From Candidatus Magasanikbacteria bacterium GW2011_GWC2_37_14 (GTDB taxonomy: Bacteria > Patescibacteriota > Patescibacteriia > Magasanikbacterales > UBA922): a stretch of 64,000 bases of DNA. The stretch is from NCBI GenBank assembly GCA_000990355.1, contig LBSX01000002.1, positions 6,000 through 69,999 of the forward strand, in the 5' to 3' direction. This document shows, in pieces, positions 26,697-37,399 of this stretch; position 1 is the stretch's first letter; the number at the start of each line of letters is the position of its first letter. The position numbers were made by a program, and so were the translations under genes. A model generated the notes under the pieces. It had not been told where the DNA came from and did no database searches. It was given only the letters and a program-made list of their open reading frames with translations.

Positions 26697-28638
26697 AATT
26701 CTCTTGGTGGCATCTCTGCTTAGTGTTGCTTTAGTGTTTTCTGGTTGCCAATTTACTGACAATTTTAAAACTTTTTTTGCCAAAAAAGAAGCACCTGTGG
26801 TGGTAATACCTAACGATCCAAACACTAACTCTATCAATGAAGTAGCTGGTGAAAGTACTGAAATGGAAGTAGTAGAAGCTGTTTGGAGTGGTAAAGCAGA
26901 AAAAGTTTCTCTTGAAGAAACTAATACCTTATTAAATAAATTATATCCCAACTATCAAAAAACTGTTGAGTGGGTTAATAACTACAAAAAACTTTGTAGT
27001 AAAAATTTAAAAAATGAAATTTGTTCGCAAGCAGTTTCTCCAGATTCAATGACTAACCCAGAAATAGTTTTGTATAAAGTTGGTAAAACGAAAGTTGGTA
27101 ATTTTGATATTTATTACCTAACAGTACCAATTTTACCAATCATGGAAATGGGAACTCCCCAACAAAGTTGGCTGGCATATTTTGACAGTGTAAATAACAA
27201 AATGGTTGGTTTGCAGGCAAATAAAGAAATGGCCTTCAGTTACCCAACTTATGGAATTGATACTTTACCAAATTACGTAACAGGACCAAACAATTTCAAT
27301 TTAGGTCCAGAATATAAAAATGTGGAAATTTTTTCAGAAAATAAATTTTTAAGTTTACAAACAGAATTTTTAACTTTAGACGAGACTACCATCGAATTAC
27401 CTGGGGGCAATGTAAAGTTGACTCCCCTTGGTTTTTATAAGACAGGCTGGTCTAGTTGGTCAAATATTGAAATGCTGGGTGATTTTGGTTTAGATGATCC
27501 TTTGATTGGAAAAACTTACGAAGATAAAATAAATTCTTCAACTGATTTTATGGATGGTAAAATTTTACCAGGATTAAAATATCAAAATGGTTGTTTTTAT
27601 CGAGTTTTGACAAATGGTTCATTATTTTTTTATAAAGTCCAACCTTATTTCTTTAAACAAACATTGGAATCAATGGCATTGCAAACATACCCAGAAAGTT
27701 TTGTGGCAACAATTGAATGGAAAAATAAAAGTAATGAAAAAGATTTTTACTTTGCTTATGGCGAGTTAGGTGGTTGTGGATCTATTGTTTTTAACTGTAA
27801 AGAAATAGTAAATAATAAACCGTGGTTTAGTGAAAATGACTTGGTAGAAATTGGTAAAACTGCGAGCGCAGAAAAAGTTTATGAATTAAAAAACAAAAAG
27901 GATAATGAGTTCTACAAAGAATTTTTTCAAAATTACGGATCTGTAGTTTATGATAATTATGGAGAGTCTGAAAAAATACCCGAGGCAACTCGTTATGCTA
28001 ACTTTCTAAGTGATCAGCCAGTATTTTTTTGGAAAGATAACTGGGGAAATTGGCGTGTTTATCAAAAAATTAAATATAGGCCAATGGCAGAATGTGGTAA
28101 GCCAGTAATTTATTTATATCCAGAAGAAACTACTGATGTAAGCGTAAAAGTAGCACCAACTGGTGGATTAACGATTACCGAACCAATGTATAATAATGGT
28201 TGGTTGGTAAAAGCCACACCAAATAGTGAATTGTTTAATTATGCTAACCAAACTAATTATCCTTATTTATTTTGGGAAGGTAAAGCTAATGATTTTGTAA
28301 CTCCAGATTATGGCTATGTAATTAAACGTGAACAAGTTGCAATGAAAATGAAGGAAATCCTTGGTAAATTGGGTTTGAACACTAAAGAAACTGCTGATTT
28401 TCTAGAATTTTGGCAACCAAAGTTGGAAGTAAAACCATATGTGTTTGTAACCTTTGTACCACAAAGAGAGTTTGATAAAATGGCACCTCTAACAATTTCA
28501 CCAAAACCGGATAAAGTTATTCGTGTGTTTATGGATTATGAACCATTAGAAAAATTTATTAATGTTCCTGAGCCACAATTTAGCACTCCAATACGCACTG
28601 GGTTTACGGTTGTGGAATGGGGTGGTAGGTTGCACTAA
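26686..28638 (+). CDS. large hypothetical lipoprotein
   Basis: Signal peptide with lipobox VFSGC. No recognisable catalytic motif. Confidence 0.5.
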   Translation: MKNKILLVASLLSVALVFSGCQFTDNFKTFFAKKEAPVVVIPNDPNTNSINEVAGESTEMEVVEAVWSGKAEKVSLEETNTLLNKLYPNYQKTVEWVNNYKKLCSKNLKNEICSQAVSPDSMTNPEIVLYKVGKTKVGNFDIYYLTVPILPIMEMGTPQQSWLAYFDSVNNKMVGLQANKEMAFSYPTYGIDTLPNYVTGPNNFNLGPEYKNVEIFSENKFLSLQTEFLTLDETTIELPGGNVKLTPLGFYKTGWSSWSNIEMLGDFGLDDPLIGKTYEDKINSSTDFMDGKILPGLKYQNGCFYRVLTNGSLFFYKVQPYFFKQTLESMALQTYPESFVATIEWKNKSNEKDFYFAYGELGGCGSIVFNCKEIVNNKPWFSENDLVEIGKTASAEKVYELKNKKDNEFYKEFFQNYGSVVYDNYGESEKIPEATRYANFLSDQPVFFWKDNWGNWRVYQKIKYRPMAECGKPVIYLYPEETTDVSVKVAPTGGLTITEPMYNNGWLVKATPNSELFNYANQTNYPYLFWEGKANDFVTPDYGYVIKREQVAMKMKEILGKLGLNTKETADFLEFWQPKLEVKPYVFVTFVPQREFDKMAPLTISPKPDKVIRVFMDYEPLEKFINVPEPQFSTPIRTGFTVVEWGGRLH

Positions 28639-28640
28639 TT

Positions 28641-29771
28641 ATGATGATTGACACTCACTGTCATATACAATTCAATTCATATAAAGACGATTATGAAGAA
28701 GTAATAAAAAGATGCACTGAAAAGGGTATGATTTTGAATTGTGTGGGTTCACAAATTGATACTAGTAGACGAGCAGTAGAGTATGCGGAAAAGTATGAAA
28801 ATATTTATGCCACCATTGGGCTTCACCCCGTGCATTTGTTTTCCAGTGAAGTAGATGAAGAAGAAACAAAATTTAAAACGCGTGAAGAAAAGTTTGATTA
28901 TGAAGAATATAAAAAATTAGCAGAACACCCCAAAGTGATTGGCATAGGGGAGTGTGGCTTAGAATTATTTCATCTTCCAAAAGATGCTAACAAAGATGAA
29001 ATTTTGGCAAAACAAAAAGAAGGATTTTTGTTACAATACAAATTGGCACAAGAATTAGCCTTGCCAATGGTAATTCATGTACGTGATGCTTATGATGAAA
29101 TGGTAGAGTTTCTAACTGTCATTGCGAGGAGGTCAACAGCCGACGAAGCAATCCCCAGTCAGAATGGGATTGCCACACCTCGTTCGGGCGAGGTTCGCAA
29201 TGACATTTGTGGAGTAGTGCATTGTTACTCTGGTAATTGGGCTCAGGCCTCTAAATTCATTGATTTAGGCCTGTACCTAGGCTTTACTGGGATTCTAACC
29301 TATCCAACAAGAAAAACCAACCCAAAGCCTACAGAAGACCTTGTAGAGGTAGTTAAAAATTGTCCTATAGAGCGAATTTTAATCGAAACAGACGCTCCTT
29401 ATCTAGCACCGCAGAAATATCGTGGACAGCGTTGCGAGCCATGGATGGTAGAAGAAGTTGCTGTAAAAATAGCAGAAATAAAGGGAATAAGTGTAGAAGA
29501 AGTTCGAGAACAAACAGTAAAAAATGCTTTGAAATTGTTTAAAAAATTAGATATTTGGCATTTTCATACTTGTCCCCAAGCAAATCTAAAAATCCCCTTG
29601 ACCAAAGAGGGGTTTTTTAGTAAAATATGTGCGTTCTTCAATAAACAATATTCAAGAAGTATATGGCTCTTTTACCTACTGATTCCAAGGATCGTCAATA
29701 TATGTTACTTGGTTTGCGCATTGCTGGTGATTTTGGTGCTACAATTGCTGTTCCAATTGTTCTTTTTGTAA
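28641..29771 (+). CDS. tatD: TatD-family metal-dependent hydrolase (with a MITE insertion and an unusual C-terminal read-through)
   Basis: HxH (DTHCH), GECGLE, HCYSG and ETDAPYL TatD motifs. There is no in-frame stop until 29771, so the ORF overlaps the atp promoter and atpZ. Confidence 0.8.
   Translation: MMIDTHCHIQFNSYKDDYEEVIKRCTEKGMILNCVGSQIDTSRRAVEYAEKYENIYATIGLHPVHLFSSEVDEEETKFKTREEKFDYEEYKKLAEHPKVIGIGECGLELFHLPKDANKDEILAKQKEGFLLQYKLAQELALPMVIHVRDAYDEMVEFLTVIARRSTADEAIPSQNGIATPRSGEVRNDICGVVHCYSGNWAQASKFIDLGLYLGFTGILTYPTRKTNPKPTEDLVEVVKNCPIERILIETDAPYLAPQKYRGQRCEPWMVEEVAVKIAEIKGISVEEVREQTVKNALKLFKKLDIWHFHTCPQANLKIPLTKEGFFSKICAFFNKQYSRSIWLFYLLIPRIVNICYLVCALLVILVLQLLFQLFFL
29117..29205 (+). 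mobile_element. MITE-like element (family A-related) with 11-bp perfect terminal inverted repeats, in-frame inside tatD
   Basis: tGTCATTGCGA...TCGCAATGACa plus an internal gcaatccc/gggattgc hairpin. Adds about 29 aa between the conserved TatD motifs. Confidence 0.55.
29598..29626 (+). promoter_or_regulatory. sigma70-like promoter for the atp operon (overlapping a hairpin)
   Basis: TTGACC (29598-29603), 17-nt spacer, TAAAAT (29621-29626). The spacer forms a cccct-tgaccaaag-agggg-T6 stem-loop. Confidence 0.5.
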
Positions 29772-29920
29772 TAATTGGCCAGTGGTTAGAAGGTAAATAC
29801 GGTTATGCGCCTTGGTTTACAATTAGTGCTTTCCTTTTAGCAGCTGTTTTGTCTGGAATTAGTATTTATAAAAAAGCAAAAAAATACGGCGAAGAATATA
29901 AAAATTTTGATAAAAAGTAA
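29663..29920 (+). CDS. ATP synthase protein I / AtpZ-like small membrane protein
   Basis: 85 aa with two TM helices, immediately upstream of atpB. Confidence 0.5.
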   Translation: MALLPTDSKDRQYMLLGLRIAGDFGATIAVPIVLFVIIGQWLEGKYGYAPWFTISAFLLAAVLSGISIYKKAKKYGEEYKNFDKK

Positions 29921-29923
29921 TTT

Positions 29924-30712
29924 ATGTCCGGAACGATTCACATACCAACATTAGCCCCAGACGTACTATTTCAAATTGGTAATTTTAACATTACCAATAC
30001 TATGATTAATGTTTGGTTGGCAATGCTAATTTTTTTGGTCTTGGGAATTTTAATTAAAAGAAAAGTTAGTTTGCGCCCGGGAAAATTACAAAATATTTGC
30101 GAATTTTTTTTAGAAAGTGTTTTAAGTTATTTTGATCAAGTAACAGGAGATAGAAAAAAGACAATACGTTTTCTGCCAGTTGTCGGTTCTATCTTCTTTT
30201 TTATTTTGTTGTCTAATTGGTTAGGACTTTTGCCTGGTACTGGTAGTATTACTTGGGGTCATAAAATGTTGCTTCGCCCTGCTAATACTGATTTAAATTT
30301 AACAGTAGCTATGGCGTTAGTATCGGTTATTGCTTCGCATGTCTATGCCTTTATTGCGCTTGGTGTTTTTACACATTTGGGAAAGTTTATTCAAATAAAA
30401 AATTTGTTCAAGAGTATAAAAAAAGGACCGATTGCTATTTTTACGGCGATTATTGAATTTGCAGTTGGACTTATAGAAATTATTTCCGAATTGGCCAAAG
30501 TTTTGTCCTTATCATTGCGGTTGTTTGGAAATATTTTTGCAGGTGAGGTTTTGATTTCAGTTATTTCGGCATTAATTGCTGCTTTGGTGCCAACTCCGTT
30601 TATGCTTTTAGAATTATTGGTTGGTTTGATTCAAGCAGCTGTGTTTGCTATGTTAACGATTGTGTACTTAACGGTTGCTACGAGCGCCCCTCATGGAGCA
30701 GAGGAACACTAA
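29924..30712 (+). CDS. atpB: F0F1 ATP synthase subunit a
   Basis: LSLRLFGNIFAGE signature with the conserved Arg. Confidence 0.9.
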   Translation: MSGTIHIPTLAPDVLFQIGNFNITNTMINVWLAMLIFLVLGILIKRKVSLRPGKLQNICEFFLESVLSYFDQVTGDRKKTIRFLPVVGSIFFFILLSNWLGLLPGTGSITWGHKMLLRPANTDLNLTVAMALVSVIASHVYAFIALGVFTHLGKFIQIKNLFKSIKKGPIAIFTAIIEFAVGLIEIISELAKVLSLSLRLFGNIFAGEVLISVISALIAALVPTPFMLLELLVGLIQAAVFAMLTIVYLTVATSAPHGAEEH

Positions 30713-30794
30713 AATAATTAATTAATGTTGTTTTGATTAACGAGATTAAAAAACTAATTTCCTCTCGCTTAATTAAGACATAAATAATAAAAAT

Positions 30795-31016
30795 ATGGAA
30801 CATGCCTCAATTGTGGTATTGGCCAAAGCCTTTACTATGGGTATCGGTGGTATGATGCCAGCCTTGGCTATCGGTAAATTAGTAGCCAAAGCTATGGAAT
30901 CAATCGGTCGTAACCCAGAATCAGCTGGTAAATTATTTGTGCCAATGTTACTTGGCGCTGCGTTTGCCGAAGCGATTGCTATCTACGCTCTTGTAGTAGT
31001 ATTCACTTTAAAGTAA
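30795..31016 (+). CDS. atpE: F0F1 ATP synthase subunit c
   Basis: 73-aa hairpin proteolipid with GLGAAFAEA (here LGAAFAEAIAIYAL) and the conserved Glu. Confidence 0.9.
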   Translation: MEHASIVVLAKAFTMGIGGMMPALAIGKLVAKAMESIGRNPESAGKLFVPMLLGAAFAEAIAIYALVVVFTLK

Positions 31017-31020
31017 AATG

Positions 31021-31172
31021 TTTCGACCCAATGGACTGAATGGTCTGTTGGGATGGGAACGTTTTAAATTTACAATTACTCAATTTACAGTTTTCAATAA
31101 ATTTACAATTACTCAATTTTCAAATTGATAAATTGTAGGATTGAAAATTTATTGTAAATTGAAAATTAAAAA
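31021..31172. repeat. AT-rich TTNCAA heptamer array and roughly 35-bp tandem duplication upstream of atpF
   Basis: aaatttacaattactcaattt occurs twice (31066-31086 and 31103-31123), and the 22-mer at 31141-31162 is identical to 24205-24226. Confidence 0.45.
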
Positions 31173-31751
31173 TTGAAAATTATGAATATCATTGAAATAG
31201 CTAACGCCTCTACTGAAGAAACTGTAGTAGAGCATACAACAACACCAAATAACGAGAGTGTCGCTGCATCTCTAGGCTTAAATGGCCAGTTATTTGTTTT
31301 CCAATTAATTAATTTTGCGATAGTCGCAGGAATTGTTTGGTTTTTAATTTTAAAGCCTTTAACTTCAAAATTAGAGGAACGAAAAAATATTATTGATGAA
31401 AGTCTTGAGAAAGCAAAAGAAGTAGAAGCTAATTTAATAATGAGTAATGAAAAATTTACTGAAAAAATTAGCGAAGCCAAAGCTGAAGGTAATAAAATTA
31501 TTACCAAAGCAACTACCGATGCTGAAGAATTGGCAGTTTCTATGAAAGCCAAAGCCAAGGTTGAAATTGAAAATTTAGTAGAACAAGCAAGAGGAAAAAT
31601 TAAGGATGAAAAAGAAGAAGTAATGCAGGGTATTAAAAAAGAAACTGCTAGTTTAATTATGGCTGTGGTAGAGAAAGTTTTAAATGAAAAATTAACCGAT
31701 AAAAAAGATCAGCAATTGATTGAAGAATCATTAAAAAATTTGCATAAATAA
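31173..31751 (+). CDS. atpF: F0F1 ATP synthase subunit b
   Basis: N-terminal TM helix followed by a long charged coiled-coil, in operon context. Confidence 0.8.
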   Translation: MKIMNIIEIANASTEETVVEHTTTPNNESVAASLGLNGQLFVFQLINFAIVAGIVWFLILKPLTSKLEERKNIIDESLEKAKEVEANLIMSNEKFTEKISEAKAEGNKIITKATTDAEELAVSMKAKAKVEIENLVEQARGKIKDEKEEVMQGIKKETASLIMAVVEKVLNEKLTDKKDQQLIEESLKNLHK

Positions 31752-31782
31752 TTTGTCCCCACAAGGGAGGGAAACAGAATGT

Positions 31783-32172
31783 ATGAAAAAGAAATTAAGT
31801 ACAAAACAATTCGCCGTAGCCCTTTACGAAATTACCGAGGGATTAAAAAGTGAAAAATTGGATGAGGCCTTGCGTCAATTTGTTTTGTTGCTAATAAAAT
31901 ATCACAAATTAAAACAAGGTGCACGAATCATTGTTGAATTTGAAAAATATGCTAAAAAGAAAGCTGGTATTGTAGAAATAGAAATTACCTCAGCCCGAAA
32001 ATTATCTGGTACTACTCTAAATCATATTAAAAAAATATTTGGCGAGCATATTGAATCAGTGGAAAATATTGACGAAGCGCTTTTGGGTGGAATGAAAGTT
32101 AAAACCGAAGATAAAATTTTGGATGCAAGTTTAAAAACACAGTTAAATAATTTTAAAAATAGTTTGATTTAA
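31783..32172 (+). CDS. atpH: F0F1 ATP synthase subunit delta (short)
   Basis: OSCP-like C-terminal region in operon position. Start chosen at the internal MKKKL. Confidence 0.65.
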   Translation: MKKKLSTKQFAVALYEITEGLKSEKLDEALRQFVLLLIKYHKLKQGARIIVEFEKYAKKKAGIVEIEITSARKLSGTTLNHIKKIFGEHIESVENIDEALLGGMKVKTEDKILDASLKTQLNNFKNSLI

Positions 32173-32176
32173 TAAT

Positions 32177-32560
32177 ATGGCGGGAAAACCAAAACAAACA
32201 GATTACTCAGAAAGAATGAAATGGGCATTAAATTTTTCGCAACAGCTGTATGATTTAGAGTCTGGTACTAAAATTGCAGTTGATACTGGATATATTACTT
32301 TTGATGAATTAGTAATTACGACCTTCATTAATGATTTATGTAATGAACATGATCCCTATCCTGTGGCATCTGAACAGAAAAAAATATTTGGATTAGTTGC
32401 TCAATTATATTCTAAAACAGAAGATAAAATTTTGGAAATTTGGGAGAGAAGAAACTTGATTCCTAGAGCCGCTGAAACTGTTGAACAATTTAAACAGATG
32501 TTGGAAAAGAACCGTGAATTTATGGAAGGAAGAAAACAGGGTAGAGTAATTTTTAAATAA
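32177..32560 (+). CDS. hypothetical protein inserted between atpH and atpA
   Basis: 127 aa with no motif I recognise, tightly packed in the atp operon. Confidence 0.45.
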   Translation: MAGKPKQTDYSERMKWALNFSQQLYDLESGTKIAVDTGYITFDELVITTFINDLCNEHDPYPVASEQKKIFGLVAQLYSKTEDKILEIWERRNLIPRAAETVEQFKQMLEKNREFMEGRKQGRVIFK

Positions 32561-32592
32561 AATTGTTATATTATTTTTATTAATCATTTGAT

Positions 32593-34080
32593 ATGTCAAC
32601 AAATACTATAGTAAACGAACTAAAAAAACACATTGCCGCTTTTGAAAAAACTGTCCAAGTAGAAGAAATTGGCACAGTAATTGAAGTCGGTGATGGCATT
32701 GCCCGCATGTCTGGCCTAACCAAGTGTCAATATCAAGAAATGTTGGAATTTACTGGTGGGGTATTTGGTGTGGCCTTAAATTTGGAAGAAGAAACTGTAG
32801 GTGCGGTTATTTTGGGTGATTACAAACAAATTAAAGAAGGTGATAGTGTAAAACGCACTGGCCGTATTTTGTCGGTACCAGTTGGTAAAAATGTGATAGG
32901 CAGAGTAGTAAATGCTTTGGGACAACCAATCGATGGAAAGGGCGATATTAAGTCAGACAAATTTTATCCAGTAGAAAAAATTGCTCCCGGCGTAATGACT
33001 CGCGAAGGTGTACACGAACCAGTACAAACTGGTATTAAAGCAATTGATGCCATGATCCCAATTGGGCGTGGACAACGCGAACTTATTATTGGTGATCGTC
33101 AAACTGGTAAAACTGCAATTGCGATTGATGCAATTATTAATCAAAAAGGCCAAGACATGAAATGTATTTATGTGGCGATTGGCCAAAAAGAATCCAAAGT
33201 TGCTAGAATCGTAGCCAAATTACAAGAAGCTGGAGCTATGGAATATACCACTGTCGTGGTAGCTGGTGCTTCGGATCCTGCTTCAATGTCTCTTTTTGCT
33301 CCTTATGCTGGAGTAGCCATGGCTGAATATTTCGCTGATCAAGGTGAAGATGTTTTGATTATTTATGATGATTTAACTAAACAAGCTTGGGCTTATCGTG
33401 AAATTTCCTTACTCCTTCGTCGTCCACCAGGACGTGAAGCTTATCCCGGTGATGTATTTTATTTACATTCTCGTTTACTTGAACGCGCTTGTAAATTAAA
33501 TGAAAAATACGGTGGCGGTTCAATTACTGCATTACCAATTATCGAAACTCAAGCAGGGGATGTAACTGCTTATATTCCTACCAATGTAATTTCAATTACT
33601 GATGGACAAATTTTCTTGGAAACCGATTTATTCTATCGTGGTATTCGTCCAGCTTTAAATGTAGGTATTTCTGTATCTCGTGTAGGTGGTTCTGCACAAA
33701 TCAAGCCAATGAAGAAAGTTGCTGGTAAATTAAAATTAGCCATGGCACAATTTCGTGAATTAGAAGCATTCTCTGCCTTATCATCCGACCTAGATGTCGA
33801 CACCAAGCGCCAGATTGACTTGGGTCAACGTATGACAGAGCTTTTAAAACAGCCACAATATTCACCAATGGCAGTAGAAGACCAAGTGGCGGTAATTTAT
33901 GCAGTATCTAACGAATTCTTTAATAAATTTTCTGTTAAAGAAATCAAAGACACAGAAAAGAAATTTTTGGAATTTTTGCATAAAAGCAAAAAAGCTTTGT
34001 TGGACAAAATTGCCAAAGGTGATTGGGAAGAAGACACAGAAAAAGAATTAAAAGAAGCTTGTTTGGAGTTCGCCAAGTAA
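32593..34080 (+). CDS. atpA: F0F1 ATP synthase subunit alpha
   Basis: Walker A GDRQTGKT and the alpha-type C-terminal domain. Confidence 0.95.
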   Translation: MSTNTIVNELKKHIAAFEKTVQVEEIGTVIEVGDGIARMSGLTKCQYQEMLEFTGGVFGVALNLEEETVGAVILGDYKQIKEGDSVKRTGRILSVPVGKNVIGRVVNALGQPIDGKGDIKSDKFYPVEKIAPGVMTREGVHEPVQTGIKAIDAMIPIGRGQRELIIGDRQTGKTAIAIDAIINQKGQDMKCIYVAIGQKESKVARIVAKLQEAGAMEYTTVVVAGASDPASMSLFAPYAGVAMAEYFADQGEDVLIIYDDLTKQAWAYREISLLLRRPPGREAYPGDVFYLHSRLLERACKLNEKYGGGSITALPIIETQAGDVTAYIPTNVISITDGQIFLETDLFYRGIRPALNVGISVSRVGGSAQIKPMKKVAGKLKLAMAQFRELEAFSALSSDLDVDTKRQIDLGQRMTELLKQPQYSPMAVEDQVAVIYAVSNEFFNKFSVKEIKDTEKKFLEFLHKSKKALLDKIAKGDWEEDTEKELKEACLEFAK

Positions 34081-34081
34081 T

Positions 34082-34176
34082 TGTCATGCTGAATTTATTT
34101 CAGCATCTCTTCGATAGATTACTTTTTGCTAAAATAATTAAATTAAGAAAGATCCTGAAACGAGTTCAGGATGACA
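34082..34176 (+). mobile_element. MITE-like element (family A), intergenic atpA-atpG
   Basis: 95 bp: tGTCATgctgaa-tttat-ttcagcatc, a variable core, then gatcctgaa-acgag-ttcaggATGACa. Its right end AGGATGA lies 6 nt before the atpG ATG. Confidence 0.6.
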
Positions 34177-34182
34177 GACAAT

Positions 34183-35136
34183 ATGCCCGTAAATACCAAA
34201 GCAATTAAAAGAAGAATTAAATCTGTTAGCTCGACCAAAAAAATTACCCGAGCTATGGAAATGATTTCCGCAGTAAAAATGCGTAAAGCTATTGAAGCAG
34301 CAATTAATACTCGTACTTATGCTACTTTGGCTTGGGATTTGCTCGTAAAATTAGCTAAAGTTAAAAAAGATAATTTAGTTCTTTTGGAAGTTCGTCCTGT
34401 AAAAAAGTTATTAGTAATTTTAATAACTTCTAATCGCGGACTTTGTGGTAGTTTCAATGCTAATATTATTAAAAAAACTGCTGCTCAGTTGGCTGATCCT
34501 AAGAATATTAGTCGTCAAAGAGTAGAAAATGGCCATTTAGAGCCAGCAAATATTGTAGAAGTGGATGTTGTAGGTGTGGGTAAAAAAGGTGCTGATTTCG
34601 CCAAAAAAATGGGTTATAATTTGATTGCTAGTTTTTCCGATTTTTCTGATACCTTAAAATTAAACGATGTTTTACCAATTTGTAAAATGGTGATTGATGA
34701 GTATAGTAAAAAAAATTATGACAAAGTTGTGGTGGCCTACACCGATTTCAAATCCACCGTTAATCAAGTAGCCAAGCTACGTCAAGTTTTGCCAATTTCC
34801 GAACTTGATTTAGAAAAGATGATTACCGATCTAGGTACAGAAATTGCCGAAAAAAATAAAATTACCGAACTTGAACTAGATAATTATATTTTTGAACCAA
34901 CACAAGATGATGTTTTGGAAATTATTTTACCACGTTTGGTAGAAACACAGATTTATCAAGCAACATTAGAATCTGCAGCTTCCGAACATAGCGCTCGCAT
35001 GATCGCTATGAGAAATGCTAGTGATGCTGCTTCCGACATGATTAAAGAATTAACCTTAACATTTAATAAAGCACGTCAAGCTGGCATTACACAAGAAATT
35101 GCTGAAATTGCTGGTGGGGCAGCAGCTTTAGAATAA
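34183..35136 (+). CDS. atpG: F0F1 ATP synthase subunit gamma
   Basis: N-terminal IKRRIKSV..TKKITRAMEM and C-terminal MI..RNAS.A signature. Start chosen at MPVNTK; the track start at 34171 lies inside the MITE terminus. Confidence 0.85.
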   Translation: MPVNTKAIKRRIKSVSSTKKITRAMEMISAVKMRKAIEAAINTRTYATLAWDLLVKLAKVKKDNLVLLEVRPVKKLLVILITSNRGLCGSFNANIIKKTAAQLADPKNISRQRVENGHLEPANIVEVDVVGVGKKGADFAKKMGYNLIASFSDFSDTLKLNDVLPICKMVIDEYSKKNYDKVVVAYTDFKSTVNQVAKLRQVLPISELDLEKMITDLGTEIAEKNKITELELDNYIFEPTQDDVLEIILPRLVETQIYQATLESAASEHSARMIAMRNASDAASDMIKELTLTFNKARQAGITQEIAEIAGGAAALE

Positions 35137-35145
35137 TTTTTATAA

Positions 35146-36546
<1,401 letters not shown>

Positions 36547-36548
36547 TT

Positions 36549-36980
36549 ATGAATACGTTAAAGTTCAAAATTGCCACACCAGAAAAAGTCGTTTATGAAA
36601 ACGAAATTTTTCAGGTTTCTATTCCTACTACTACCGGAGAAATTACCATACTACCTAATCATTCACCCCTCGTTTCTATTTTGCAAGCAGGTGAATTAAG
36701 ATTTAAAGACAATGAAGGCGAACATTTAATGGCTGTTTCTGGTGGATTTTTGGAAATTCGCGCCAATAATGAATTAATAATTTTGGCAGATAACGCCGAA
36801 CGTGCTGAACATATTGATATTGACCGTGCTGAAGAAGCTCGAAATAGGGCTGAAGAACAAATGAAAGCTGTTAAAACTGGAGAGGATATTGATTATGCTA
36901 AGTTACAGGCAATAATAGAGAGAGAAGTGAATAGAATGAGAGTTGGTAAAAAATATAAAAATATAAAAATTAACAGTTGA
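36549..36980 (+). CDS. atpC: F0F1 ATP synthase subunit epsilon
   Basis: About 140 aa with a beta-sandwich N-terminal region, in operon position. Confidence 0.8.
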   Translation: MNTLKFKIATPEKVVYENEIFQVSIPTTTGEITILPNHSPLVSILQAGELRFKDNEGEHLMAVSGGFLEIRANNELIILADNAERAEHIDIDRAEEARNRAEEQMKAVKTGEDIDYAKLQAIIEREVNRMRVGKKYKNIKINS

Positions 36981-37037
36981 CACCTTTTTTAGAGTATTTT
37001 ATAATATAATTATTAATTATAATTTTTAATTTATAGT

Positions 37038-37160
37038 ATGGCAGATTGCCCACAATGTGGTATGCCCATGGACGAAGATATTTCTTGTCCAAAGTGCGAT
37101 GCTTGCGATCAGTGTTGTAAATGTTTTGAAGGAGAAGAAACCTTGGAAGAAAATGAATAA
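37038..37160 (+). CDS. candidate small Cys-rich protein (40 aa, 9 Cys: MADCPQCGMPMDEDISCPKCDACDQCCKCFEGEETLEENE)
   Basis: Not in the ORF track. CxxC pairs suggest a zinc ribbon. A strong terminator follows it. Confidence 0.4.
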   Translation: MADCPQCGMPMDEDISCPKCDACDQCCKCFEGEETLEENE

Positions 37161-37165
37161 AATTC

Positions 37166-37194
37166 AAAACCCGTTTTTTAGGCGGGTTTTGTTA
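37166..37194 (+). terminator. rho-independent terminator
   Basis: aaacccg-loop-cgggttt followed by a T-run. Confidence 0.6.
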
Positions 37195-37399
37195 TCCACA
37201 GTTTAAGTGGTCTTGACAGTTTTCATACTAAATTAGTATACTATACTTAGTTTAAGTCACTTTTTAATTATAATTATATGTGTGGTGGATGTTCTTGCTA
37301 AATTAGCCAAAAATATCCCGACTAAGTCGGGATATTTTTTTATTGCCTTTTTTATACTTGGATGCTAGAATAGTGTACATATACAAGCTAAAAGAGAGC

